Assembly: GCA_028824015.1 (NCBI GenBank)
Contig: JAPPFC010000055.1
Coordinates: forward strand, 109,083-173,082
Direction of reading: 5' to 3'
Origin: a bacterium
Lineage (GTDB): Bacteria > Actinomycetota > Acidimicrobiia > Spongiisociales > ZC4RG35
Length of the DNA: 64,000 nt
Part shown: positions 9,074 to 18,375 of the stretch, piece by piece
How positions within the stretch are numbered: position 1 is the stretch's first letter
How the letters are laid out: each line of letters begins with the position of its first letter
The notes under the pieces: generated by a model
Databases searched by the model: none
What the model was told of the DNA's origin: nothing
Seen by the model: the letters and a program-made list of their open reading frames with translations, nothing else
Made by a program: the position numbers and the translations under genes

Positions 9074-11570
9074 GCGGGCCTATCTCCACCACCAGGTCCA
9101 CACCCAGGTCCGCCATCGTCCTTACCCCGGAGCCGAACGCCACCGGTTGACGGGCATGGCGCCTCCAGTACGTTCCGTCCAGCGCAGTACCGGCTTCCAC
9201 CGCTCCGCCCGTCAGGTTGCTGATCACGGTCACGGTGGGAGACCTGATCTCCACGCCGTCCATGAACTCCTCCAGCCTCGCCAGGGCCGGCTCAACCAAC
9301 GCGCTGTGAAATGCACGGGTCGTATTAAGCCTTCTGGCCCGGATGCCCGCCGATTCGAGGTCTGCCAGGAGGGTCTCAATCTCTTCGATCGGGCCACTGA
9401 CCACCTGGTGGGCGCCGTTGTCTGCAGATACGCTCAGCCCCACACCCGCCGAATCTGCGTTCTGCCTCTCCACCGCCTCCGCCACCCGCTCCGGGGACGC
9501 GAAGACCGCCGCCATGGCGCCCGGCTCCGTTGCCGACAACATCGCACCCCGCGCCTCGGCGAACCGCATCCCGTCTTCCAGGCTGAACACCCCCGCGGCC
9601 TGCGCGGCCGCCAACTCCCCGACGCTGTGCCCCAATACCACGCTGGGCCGTATTCCGACACTCGACCAGAGGGCGGTCAAGGCACACTCCAGCGCATAGA
9701 GGGCAGGCTGCTCCCAGGCCGTGTCGCCCAGTTCTCCCTCCGCTCCCTCCCGACCGAACATGACGTCCAGCAGGGATACGCCCCTCTCCTCCACGAACAC
9801 CTCATCGCAGCGATCGAGTACCGCTCTTGCCACCGGTTCGGTCTCGTAGAGGTCCCGTCCCATGCCCACCCACTGGCTTCCCTGCCCGGTGTAGACAAAC
9901 GCAACCTTGGTCGGCTTCGGCGCCTCGGTTTCCCTGCCCGTCTGCAATAGCCCACCCAACCCCTCCCGCAGCGAACCGATGTCCCCGAACACAACGCCTG
10001 CCCTGTGGGCGAAGTGACTCCGCCCGACGCCCGCCGTCCAAGACATGTCCGAGAGCACCGGGCCGCAGGCGGCGTCCGGGAAGTCAAACTCGGAGGCCCG
10101 ATCGTCGAGCCATGCCAGGTAACGCTCGGCAAGTTCTCTGAGAGCGCCCTCTGACTTCGCGGACAACGGCAGAAGACGGGTCCGGCGGGGCAGGGGGACC
10201 CCCGCAGTCCCGGAAGCGCCTGCCGTCGAATGCTCTCCGGTGGGATCATCCTCGGTGGAGGGATACTCCTCCACCACGATGTGGGCGTTGGTGCCGGATA
10301 TCCCGAAGGAGTTCACACCCGCCAATCGAGGGCGCCTGGTGCGGGACGGCCAGTCCATCATGGTCGAGGTCACATGAAGAGGCAGTCGATCCCAGTCGAT
10401 GCTCGGGTTGGGATCGTGGAAATGCAGATGCTTAGGGATCACCCCCTGCCTCACCACCAGGGCCGCCTTGATCAACCCTGCGATTCCCGCAGCCGATTCC
10501 AGATGTCCGATATTGGTCTTCACCGAACCGATGAGAAGCGGGCGGTCGGCCCGGCGGCCGGGACCGAAGACATTCCCCACGGCATTGATCTCGATGGGAT
10601 CGCCCACCGCGGTCCCGGTTCCGTGCGCCTCCAGATAGTCGATCTCCGACGGCCTCACTCCCGCTTCGGAGAGGGCGGTCTCCATCACCTGCTCGAGCGC
10701 CGGCGTGTTCGGGACGGTCAACCCGGTGCTGGCTCCACCGTGGTTCACCGCCGCGCCCCGGATGACGGCCCAGATCCGATCCCCGTCGGCCTCGGCCTCC
10801 CTCAACCGCTTCAGAACGACCACCCCGCACCCCTCACCCCGCACATATCCGTTGGCGGAGGCATCGAATGTCTTGCACTGCCCATCGGGGGAGAGCATCA
10901 TGGCGTCGGCGCGCAACTCATAGATCCTCGTATTCAAGATGGCCTGGACCCCGCCCACAATGGCCAGATCCGCCTTGCCCTGCTGGAGGTCCGCCACCGC
11001 GTCATGAACCGCCACCAGGGATGAGGCGCAGGCGGCGTCGATGGCTTTCGCAGGCCCGACCAGACCCAGGACGAACGAGACCCTTCCGCTGGCGCCGTTG
11101 AGGTTCGTGCCGCTCAGGGCGTAGAGGGAACCGGCCGCCTCGGCGGGTTTGTCCGATTCGACAACCAGCATCCGGTACTCGTCATTGCTGATACCCGTGT
11201 AGACGCCCGTCCGCGTGCCTCTCAGACCCTCCGGATCGATGCAGGCATCCTCCAGAGCCTGCCAGCCCACCTCCAGCATCATTCTCTGCTGTGGATCAAG
11301 GAGTTGTGCCTCCACCGGGGAAATGCGGAAGAAGGCGGCGTCGAACAGCTCGATCCCGTCCACGAATGCGCCGAACCGGCATGCCTCGTTCTGACCGGTG
11401 GGATTGTCGAACAGGTCGCGCAATCGTTCCCCACCGGAACCGGGAAGCCCCTCCGTCACGGTGTTCCTGCCCTCCATCAGCAGTTGCCAGAAGGCGTTCA
11501 GGTCGTTGGCGCCGGGAAACTTGCAAGCCATTCCGACAATGGCAATGGGCTCCGCGCCTCGTTCCCTCAT
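8883..11570 (-). CDS. supA: Type I PKS (SupA-like), N-terminal KS-AT part, truncated by frameshift in G8 run
   Basis: EPIAIVGMACKFPG, DAACASS, HGTGT, KTNIGHLE; AT GHSVG and RAFHS; AGGAG RBS before ATG 11570 (ORF extends to 11639). Confidence 0.9.
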   Translation of the reverse strand: MRERGAEPIAIVGMACKFPGANDLNAFWQLLMEGRNTVTEGLPGSGGERLRDLFDNPTGQNEACRFGAFVDGIELFDAAFFRISPVEAQLLDPQQRMMLEVGWQALEDACIDPEGLRGTRTGVYTGISNDEYRMLVVESDKPAEAAGSLYALSGTNLNGASGRVSFVLGLVGPAKAIDAACASSLVAVHDAVADLQQGKADLAIVGGVQAILNTRIYELRADAMMLSPDGQCKTFDASANGYVRGEGCGVVVLKRLREAEADGDRIWAVIRGAAVNHGGASTGLTVPNTPALEQVMETALSEAGVRPSEIDYLEAHGTGTAVGDPIEINAVGNVFGPGRRADRPLLIGSVKTNIGHLESAAGIAGLIKAALVVRQGVIPKHLHFHDPNPSIDWDRLPLHVTSTMMDWPSRTRRPRLAGVNSFGISGTNAHIVVEEYPSTEDDPTGEHSTAGASGTAGVPLPRRTRLLPLSAKSEGALRELAERYLAWLDDRASEFDFPDAACGPVLSDMSWTAGVGRSHFAHRAGVVFGDIGSLREGLGGLLQTGRETEAPKPTKVAFVYTGQGSQWVGMGRDLYETEPVARAVLDRCDEVFVEERGVSLLDVMFGREGAEGELGDTAWEQPALYALECALTALWSSVGIRPSVVLGHSVGELAAAQAAGVFSLEDGMRFAEARGAMLSATEPGAMAAVFASPERVAEAVERQNADSAGVGLSVSADNGAHQVVSGPIEEIETLLADLESAGIRARRLNTTRAFHSALVEPALARLEEFMDGVEIRSPTVTVISNLTGGAVEAGTALDGTYWRRHARQPVAFGSGVRTMADLGVDLVVEIGPHAVLGPMATLAWPEAGPGGDVAAVPVVLSSMRRPPRDGASAEPEAGFLDAVAEAYEGGAGGLL

Positions 11571-11705
11571 CGCTTCTCCTCCCCCGGCCTCCCCATGGAT
11601 CTGTCCCGGAACCTCGGAGTCGGGGAATGCACTCATCACATACGCATTTTAGATATTTGGCTGTCCGGCCACAGGAGACGGATTCGCTCCCATCTCGTTG
11701 TTTGG

Positions 11706-12689
11706 CTACGGAGTGACGAGGGCGCGGAGTTCGGGCAGGACCTCCTTCTCCACCATTTCCAGGGTGCGGTCGGGGTTGGTGGAGGCGATCTGGATGGCCA
11801 CGTAGTCGGCGCTTATCTCGGTGACGAGCGGCCGGTAGACCTCGATAACGTCCTCCACGGTGGCGGCAAGGGTGTACTTGCCGAGGATCTCGGCCCGGTC
11901 CATGGAGTCGGCCCGCTCCCGAAGCACCTTCGGGTCGACGGCCTCCAGCCGTCCGGGAGCCCGCAGGCCTCGCATGCTTCCCAGAGCTTCCCATGCCTCG
12001 GACTCGTCCGCGGCCAGAACGCACCAGCGGGTGGTCATCAGGGTTCCCGAACGTCCCCACTTCTCGGCGGAGGCGCGGAACGGTCCGATCACCCTCTCGA
12101 TGGTGTCTGCCGGGTCCTTCACACTGGTGATCAGCCCATCGGACCGCCTCCCAGCAAACGTGGCCGACTGCGGACCTCCGGCCGCCATCCAGATGGGTGT
12201 CTTGCGAGGCGGGGGGCTATAGAGCTTGGCCTTGTCAGTTGTGTACCAGTCACCTGAGAAGTCGAGCTTCTCCCCTTCCAGCAGACGGTGCATGATCTCC
12301 AAGGCCTCCCGCATCCTCCTGATGCGTTCCCGGTAGTCACCGAAGCGGAAGCCCATGGGCCCCTCGTTGATGTTCTCGCCGGTGCCCACGCCCAACACGA
12401 ACTTCCCTCCGGACAATCGATCCACGGTCGCCGCCGCCTGGGCCACCAGGGCGGGGTGGTAGTGGTAGAGAGGACATGTTACGGAAGTGGCCAGTTCGGC
12501 GTCGGTTCGAGCCGCCACCGCTCCCAGCCAGGACCAGACGAAACCCGACGCGCAATTGTCGTCGACCCAGGGATGGAAGTGATCGGACCCCAGAATCATG
12601 TCGAAACCGGCTTCCTCCGCCCGTACCGCCTGGTCAACCAGGACCTCGGGCTGATAGGACTCGTGGCTACACAACCAGGCGAACTTCAA
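11706..12689 (-). CDS. F420-dependent LLM-class oxidoreductase (G6PDH/TIGR03557-like)
   Basis: SHE, AEEAGFD, SDHFHPW, TSVTCP, LGVGTGENINE, AAGGPQSA motifs. Confidence 0.88.
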   Translation of the reverse strand: MKFAWLCSHESYQPEVLVDQAVRAEEAGFDMILGSDHFHPWVDDNCASGFVWSWLGAVAARTDAELATSVTCPLYHYHPALVAQAAATVDRLSGGKFVLGVGTGENINEGPMGFRFGDYRERIRRMREALEIMHRLLEGEKLDFSGDWYTTDKAKLYSPPPRKTPIWMAAGGPQSATFAGRRSDGLITSVKDPADTIERVIGPFRASAEKWGRSGTLMTTRWCVLAADESEAWEALGSMRGLRAPGRLEAVDPKVLRERADSMDRAEILGKYTLAATVEDVIEVYRPLVTEISADYVAIQIASTNPDRTLEMVEKEVLPELRALVTP

Positions 12690-12757
12690 TCTCTTACTCC
12701 TTGTATCGACACCGGCCCAAGGCTAGCGGCGACGGAGAAGGCTATCATCCAACCCAA

Positions 12758-13618
12758 ATGAATTCACTACCGCGGGCCATGCCGGCCATCATCACTCCCT
12801 TCAACGACCAGCAGGAACTCGATCTTGACGCTCACCGGCACAACCTGTCCTTCCTGGGCGGACTGGGATACCAGGGCTTCGTTCTGGCCGGATCCACCGG
12901 CGAAGGGCCCCTCCTCGAGCCAGGAGAGCGACGCCGGCTGACGGCCGCCTCCCGGGACAGCGTCGGGGACGACACCTTCCTCCTGTGCGGCATAAACGCC
13001 GAGACCAATCGCGAGGCCAGGCGCCAGATCACCGAAGCGGCGCAGGGTGGAGCCGACGCCGCCCTGGTGTTGACCCCCACCACGCTGTCTCGCAACCGCA
13101 CCAATTTCGTGAGTGCCTTCTTCTCGGAAGTGGCCGATGAGTCACCCCTGCCCGTCTTCATCTATTCGGTGCCGCTGGTAACCGCCTACTCGATCCCAAT
13201 GGAGGCGGTGTGGGAACTGGCCCAACACCCCAACGTGGTGGGCATGAAGGATTCCAGTGGAGACGCCATCCGTATCCAGCGGACGCTGGCGGGACTTCCG
13301 GATAACTTCGCGCTCTACAACGGGTCGGCCCACTCGGTCACCCTGACGCTCGCCGCCGGAGCCCATGGCGTCATATTGGCGGCCGCCAATTACGTGCCGC
13401 GCCTGGGCCTGGAGGTGGTGGCCGCTGCACTAGAGACGCCTCCGGGGGACATGAAGAAGCAGCATCGCCTGACGGCCGCCAATGACGGGGTGGCGCGCTA
13501 CGGGATTCCGGGAGTCAAGGCGGCAGCGGAGATGGTGGGACTGCGGGCCGGCCGGTGCCGGGCTCCCCTGCTGCCGGTCCCCGAGGACGCCCCGGCCGGG
13601 TTCGCCCACCTGCTCTAG
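12758..13618 (+). CDS. Dihydrodipicolinate synthase (DapA) family class I aldolase
   Basis: ITPF, GSTGE, IYSVP, VGMKDSSG (Schiff-base Lys); ATG 12758 preceded by TATCAT. Confidence 0.88.
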   Translation: MNSLPRAMPAIITPFNDQQELDLDAHRHNLSFLGGLGYQGFVLAGSTGEGPLLEPGERRRLTAASRDSVGDDTFLLCGINAETNREARRQITEAAQGGADAALVLTPTTLSRNRTNFVSAFFSEVADESPLPVFIYSVPLVTAYSIPMEAVWELAQHPNVVGMKDSSGDAIRIQRTLAGLPDNFALYNGSAHSVTLTLAAGAHGVILAAANYVPRLGLEVVAAALETPPGDMKKQHRLTAANDGVARYGIPGVKAAAEMVGLRAGRCRAPLLPVPEDAPAGFAHLL

Positions 13619-13682
13619 GCCAAGCCGCCGGCTGCGATCTCCTCTTCCAGAACACCCTGGAGCAAACGGAGTCATTTGGTAA

Positions 13683-14594
13683 TTGCCCCCTGATACACAG
13701 ACATCGTGGGAGATACCAGAGCCCCATGCTGTTCGTACCGCCCGGATGGACGATGGAACGAATATCTTCATCCGGCGGCACGGGAACCCCGGGGGTCCCC
13801 GACTCGTGGTGTGCCATGGCAACGGTTTGGCCTCCGACGTTTACTACCCGTTCTGGTCACTGTTGACCGGAGAGTGCGACCTGATCGTCTATGACCTCAG
13901 GAATCATGGTTGGAACGAGGTCACAGCCATCGGCAACCACACCGTACCGCATCTTGTCAGGGATCATGACCTCATCATGGAGGCCGTTGACCGCTACTTC
14001 GGGGACAAGCCGAAGGTAGGAGCCTTCCATTCCGTCTCGGCGCTGATCTCACTCCTGTCTCCGACCAAGGGGAGTGCCTTCGCGGGACGCATCCTGTTTG
14101 ACGCTCCGCTGTGCAGACCCGGCCAGACCCGCGAGCAGATGGAAGCAGCCACCACCCGCAACGCGGCGGCCGCCAGGAAACGCAGAGAGCGCTTCGCCAG
14201 CACCGAAGAACTCTCACATCGCCTCCGAGCCGTTCCGGCTTTCTCCCGGGTGGTCCCCGGCGTCCTGGACCTGATGGCGAGGACAACCCTACGCAAGAGT
14301 CCCGGCCGCGACCACTACGAACTGCGCTGCCCCCGGGAATACGAGGCGCGCCTTGCCGAATACGGGGAGATCTACTCCGAGATGGTCGACCTCGGGGAGT
14401 TGGCGTCACCGACGAAGGTGCTCGGCGCCGACCCGTCCGTCCCTTTCTCCTACCTGCCCTCGCTCGACCTGTCTGACATCGTTGCGGTCGATTACGACTA
14501 CCTCCCCGATGCAACCCACCTCCTTCAACTGGAGGAGCCCCAGGCGTGCGCCGAAGTGGCGCGGGACTTCATGGACACAGTTCTTCACGCATAG
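13683..14594 (+). CDS. Alpha/beta hydrolase (SupD-like)
   Basis: HGNG oxyanion motif, YDLRNHG, FHSVS nucleophile elbow, THLLQLE catalytic His; near sup PKS. Confidence 0.8.
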   Translation: MPPDTQTSWEIPEPHAVRTARMDDGTNIFIRRHGNPGGPRLVVCHGNGLASDVYYPFWSLLTGECDLIVYDLRNHGWNEVTAIGNHTVPHLVRDHDLIMEAVDRYFGDKPKVGAFHSVSALISLLSPTKGSAFAGRILFDAPLCRPGQTREQMEAATTRNAAAARKRRERFASTEELSHRLRAVPAFSRVVPGVLDLMARTTLRKSPGRDHYELRCPREYEARLAEYGEIYSEMVDLGELASPTKVLGADPSVPFSYLPSLDLSDIVAVDYDYLPDATHLLQLEEPQACAEVARDFMDTVLHA

Positions 14595-14665
14595 GTCCCC
14601 GGCGGTCCAGAGTCACCAATGATCCAAGCCGGCGTTCGGCCGCCCGGACCTGCCCCACCCCGCGC

Positions 14666-15403
14666 CTACACCGGTCCTCCTGTGTAGGCCTGTATCACTT
14701 CTTCGGGAGATCCCTCTCTCCGGACACGTCCTTTGTCCAGCCAGATGGCTCGGGAGGCCAGGTCCTGCACCAACTCCATATCGTGGGAGACCAGAATCGT
14801 GGCTGCTCCCCGCGCCATCACGCTTCGCACCCGCTCTCGGGACTTCTCCCGGAAACTCTGGTCTCCCACGCTGAGGATCTCGTCAACCAGGAGGACATCA
14901 GGATCGATATCGGTGACGATCGAGAAGCCCAACCGGGCCAACATCCCCGAAGAAAAGGCCCGGACGGCCACATCCGCAAACTCCGACAGCCCCGCCCAAT
15001 CGATTATCGGCCCGGCCCGCTCGGCCATCTCCCGCGGGGACCGGCCCAGGATGGCGCCGTACAGGATGACGTTCTCCGTGGCGGTCAGCTCGGGATTGAA
15101 GCCCGCCCCCAACTCGATCAGCGGCGCCACCAGCCCTCTGACGATCATCCGTCCCCGGGTGGGTGGCAGCACCCGCGCCACCATCTTCATTAGCGTGGAC
15201 TTGCCGGCTCCGTTGTCTCCGACGACGCCCAGCACCTCCCCGTACTCGATCCGGAGGGACAAGTCGCGGATGGCGTGGAGTTCATCGACCTCGGTCTTCC
15301 GTCGAAGAGAGCGGATCACCTGCTCTTTGAAGGTGCCGGGACGGTCCCTGACCAGGGGATACACCAGAGAAACGTCTCGACAGTCGACAGCCGGCGAACT
15401 CAC
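14666..15403 (-). CDS. Polysaccharide/teichoic-acid ABC exporter ATPase (Wzt/TagH-like)
   Basis: GDNGAGKST, ELGAGFNPELT, FSSGMLARL, LLVDE, VSHD; GTGA overlap with permease. Confidence 0.9.
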   Translation of the reverse strand: MSSPAVDCRDVSLVYPLVRDRPGTFKEQVIRSLRRKTEVDELHAIRDLSLRIEYGEVLGVVGDNGAGKSTLMKMVARVLPPTRGRMIVRGLVAPLIELGAGFNPELTATENVILYGAILGRSPREMAERAGPIIDWAGLSEFADVAVRAFSSGMLARLGFSIVTDIDPDVLLVDEILSVGDQSFREKSRERVRSVMARGAATILVSHDMELVQDLASRAIWLDKGRVRREGSPEEVIQAYTGGPV

Positions 15404-16230
15404 ACCAGCACCGCCAGCCTTCGCCAAGACCGCGAAAAGGTCCAGGCGCCCCCGAGGAGAGCGACGAGAGACGTCAGGACCATCACCGCCCACATCCACC
15501 CTGGAGCGAAGCTTCCCCCGTAGACCAGTCCCCGGAACACCTCCAGGTAGGAATAGAGCGGGTTGATGTAGATGAACGGGAGAATCCGTTCAGGAACGAT
15601 GGTCACCGGGTAGAAGCCGGGAGTGGCGTACATGGCGAGGGTGAGCAGCACTCCCACTATGTCCAACACATCCCGGTAGGCGACTGCCAGGGAGGCAACC
15701 ACCATTCCCAGTCCCGCCACGAACATGGCGAGGAACAGCAGTGGCACCGGCGCCAGGAGGACCGTGACCGGAATCCCCACCCCGGCGATCAACTGCACCA
15801 CCAACAGAAGCACGATGTTTATGGCAAAGTTCACCAGCGCGGCCAGGGCAGGGGCCACCGCAAACACCTCCGCCGGCACATACACCTTTGACAGCGTCCC
15901 CGCCGAGCCGACTATCGAGGACCCCGAGGCCACCACCCCCTGGGAGAAGAAGGTGATGAGCATCACCCCCGACAGCACGTACACCACGTACGGAACGTCG
16001 CCGGGGATCTCGAACCGGAAGATGGTGCTGAAGACCGCCCACATGACGGCCACAGTCAGCAAGGGGTTGAGAAGAGTCCACCACACTCCCAGCATGGACC
16101 TTTTGTAGCGCACCGTCAGGTCCCGCTGCACCAGGAGTCGCAACAGCCCCCGGTACCGGCGCAGGTTCGTGACCTCGGAGACAATCACCCTCCGAGGCTG
16201 GTCCGAGTCGTAATAGGTGTTGTGGGTCAG
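15400..16230 (-). CDS. ABC-2 type permease (Wzm/TagG-like); start uncertain
   Basis: RDLTVRYKRSMLGVWWTLLNPL, YRD, TPGFYP, INPL motifs; multiple TM helices. Confidence 0.88.
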   Translation of the reverse strand: MTHNTYYDSDQPRRVIVSEVTNLRRYRGLLRLLVQRDLTVRYKRSMLGVWWTLLNPLLTVAVMWAVFSTIFRFEIPGDVPYVVYVLSGVMLITFFSQGVVASGSSIVGSAGTLSKVYVPAEVFAVAPALAALVNFAINIVLLLVVQLIAGVGIPVTVLLAPVPLLFLAMFVAGLGMVVASLAVAYRDVLDIVGVLLTLAMYATPGFYPVTIVPERILPFIYINPLYSYLEVFRGLVYGGSFAPGWMWAVMVLTSLVALLGGAWTFSRSWRRLAVLV

Positions 16231-17018
16231 GTTCTCCAGAGCCCTCTCCTTTCGAACACCTCCCGCAACAGATCGGGCCGGTCGGTCATGATCCCGTCCA
16301 CTCCCCGGTTCAACAGCCTTTCCATCAGCACCGGGCGGTCGACCGTCCATACATGCACCACGAGTCCCATGCGATGGTAGGCCCGGACGGTTCGTCGGGT
16401 GACGAGTGGAACCAGGCCCGATCGGACCGGAATCTGCAAAGCTGTGTTTTCGGGACGCGCTCTGCGTCCCAGCCAGGCGGCCTTGACCAGTTGCGCGGCC
16501 TCCTGTTCCCCGGTGGATGTGGCCAGGGCGCCCGCCGAGAGCTCGCGCACCCTGGCCAGACGGGCATCGGAAAAGGAGCCGATGATCACCCGGTCGGCCA
16601 ACTTGAGTCGGCGGATCAGCTTTAGGAGAGGTTCCTCGGTGTGGTCCGCCTTGAGTTCCAGCACCATGGACAAATCGGGAAACGACCGAGCCACCTCCTC
16701 CAAGGTGGGGATTCGCACTCCCCGTCCCCGGAATGGGAAGTCACGGCGCGGCTGGTGGTTGTACCCGGCGTCCACTCTCTTCACCTCGCTCCAGGACAGA
16801 TGCGCAATCTCTCCCCGACCGTCGGATGTCCTCTCCAGGGTCGGGTCGTGGAAACACACCACCGTCCCATCGGACGTCATGCGAAGATCGGTCTCGATCC
16901 ACTCATACCCCATCTCCACCGTTCCAGAAAAGGCCTCCATGGTGTTCTCCGGCCACAGCCCTGCCCCTCCCCGATGTGAGATCGCCAGGGGGAGTGTCTG
17001 CAACGCCGGGTGGCTCAT
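16227..17018 (-). CDS. Glycerophosphodiester phosphodiesterase
   Basis: HRGG, PENTMEAF, ETD, HDPTLERT, ELK, HVWTVD, GVDGIMTDRP; ATGA overlap with upstream gene. Confidence 0.92.
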   Translation of the reverse strand: MSHPALQTLPLAISHRGGAGLWPENTMEAFSGTVEMGYEWIETDLRMTSDGTVVCFHDPTLERTSDGRGEIAHLSWSEVKRVDAGYNHQPRRDFPFRGRGVRIPTLEEVARSFPDLSMVLELKADHTEEPLLKLIRRLKLADRVIIGSFSDARLARVRELSAGALATSTGEQEAAQLVKAAWLGRRARPENTALQIPVRSGLVPLVTRRTVRAYHRMGLVVHVWTVDRPVLMERLLNRGVDGIMTDRPDLLREVFERRGLWRT

Positions 17019-18253
17019 CCAGACTGGCCCACCGCAGTCAGGTCTCCCTCCCGGATCAACTCCCACACCATCGGGAGGTCGGGATGGTACGCCAACTCGT
17101 AGAAGTGGGCGACGTCCATGATCACCAAATCTCCGATCGCGCCTCTGCCCAGCCATCCCCTGGTCGTGTCGCCCAGCGCCTGGGCGCCTCCGAAGGTGGC
17201 GCACCACAACGCCGTCTCGATCGGGACTTCGCCTGCCTCCGACGCAGCCCAGGCCATAAAGGGCATGGAGGTCACGGACCTCTCGCCGGGCAGGCAGTCG
17301 CTGCCCAGCGCCACCGGTATGCCCAACTCCATGAGGCTGCGAATCGGAAGCCGGGTCCGGAGACTGGCCACCGGCAACACCACCACCGCTCCTCCCTGCA
17401 GACGCAGCGCCTCCAGGGTCGACTCGTCCAACTCCGTCATGTCCTGGACCGCCAGGGGACGGACCGACCGCACCAGGTCGGAGGGGATCCCGGGTCGGCC
17501 GTGCAGCCTGACCCGCTTGCGCAGACTTCCCATGGAAGCGCACAGCTTCCTCACATCGGCTGAGGAGAACCCTCCCGAACCCACCGTAACGGAGAGCCCG
17601 GAGGCGTACTGGGAGACCTCGCGCAGGATGCTGCGGGCGGCGGGATCGTAGGGAGAGGGAAAACCGGCTTCGGGCCCCACGGTCCAGCTTGTCACGACTT
17701 TGACGGGGAGTTGCTCCCCCAGCATGGCGGCGACCGAGAGACGCTGTCGATCCTCCTGGGGATCGCCCCGGCTCTTCACCGAGACCGATAGACAGGTTGC
17801 CCCACCGGCAAGCAGGCGACCGGCCCATTCGGCAGCCGTCTCGGGCTCCGTCGCCCCGTTGGACGCCCCCGGACCCCCGGTTCCTCCCGCCACCTGGGAA
17901 TAGGAGTCCACAAAACCAGGCACCGCCACCCGACCCCCGCAATCAAGTCGAGGCAGACCCTCCAGTTGAGGGGGAAGCTCCTTTTCCGCCCCCACCCATG
18001 CCACCTTGCCCTTGCGGATCGCCACCGCTGCGTCCTCGATGATGCCGAAGAAGTTCCCCCAGGAGGGATCGTTGGTCATCAAACGGCCGATGCCGGTCAC
18101 CAACCGGTCCATTCCATGCGGTCGGAGGGCCTCCTGGGCAACCGTGTGGGCGGTGGCGGCGCATTCGTCGCAGATCCCCACCCCTTTGGGACCGGCCACC
18201 ACGTAAGAACCGGGGCCGGGAAGCCGGCTGCAGAACGAGCATCTGGCAGACAT
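17015..18253 (-). CDS. ClpX-type C4 zinc finger fused to degenerate amidohydrolase (HutI-like fold)
   Basis: N-term CSFC...VAGP..GICDEC; then DCGGRVAVPGFVD, ALGSD, ATFGGAQALG, GDLVI; HxH replaced by YSQ. Confidence 0.7.
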   Translation of the reverse strand: MSARCSFCSRLPGPGSYVVAGPKGVGICDECAATAHTVAQEALRPHGMDRLVTGIGRLMTNDPSWGNFFGIIEDAAVAIRKGKVAWVGAEKELPPQLEGLPRLDCGGRVAVPGFVDSYSQVAGGTGGPGASNGATEPETAAEWAGRLLAGGATCLSVSVKSRGDPQEDRQRLSVAAMLGEQLPVKVVTSWTVGPEAGFPSPYDPAARSILREVSQYASGLSVTVGSGGFSSADVRKLCASMGSLRKRVRLHGRPGIPSDLVRSVRPLAVQDMTELDESTLEALRLQGGAVVVLPVASLRTRLPIRSLMELGIPVALGSDCLPGERSVTSMPFMAWAASEAGEVPIETALWCATFGGAQALGDTTRGWLGRGAIGDLVIMDVAHFYELAYHPDLPMVWELIREGDLTAVGQSG

Positions 18254-18375
18254 CTAAAGGATGAGCGTAGACAACCCGGACAAGGACCGGGGGTTACCGC
18301 GAGGCTACCGCGACGGACCAACCGGGTTTGCGCTTTGTTACCGTGGAGATCACCCCGAGCCGAAAGGTCCACTTC

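Noticed and set aside
16227-17942. 571-aa ORF as an extended GDPD fusion
   Set aside because: The N-terminal part overlaps the amidohydrolase gene in another frame; the real start is the ATGA overlap at 17018. The extended ORFs at 12476, 19507, 29639-30601, 30847-32898, 50918 and 54766-55905 have similar spurious extensions.
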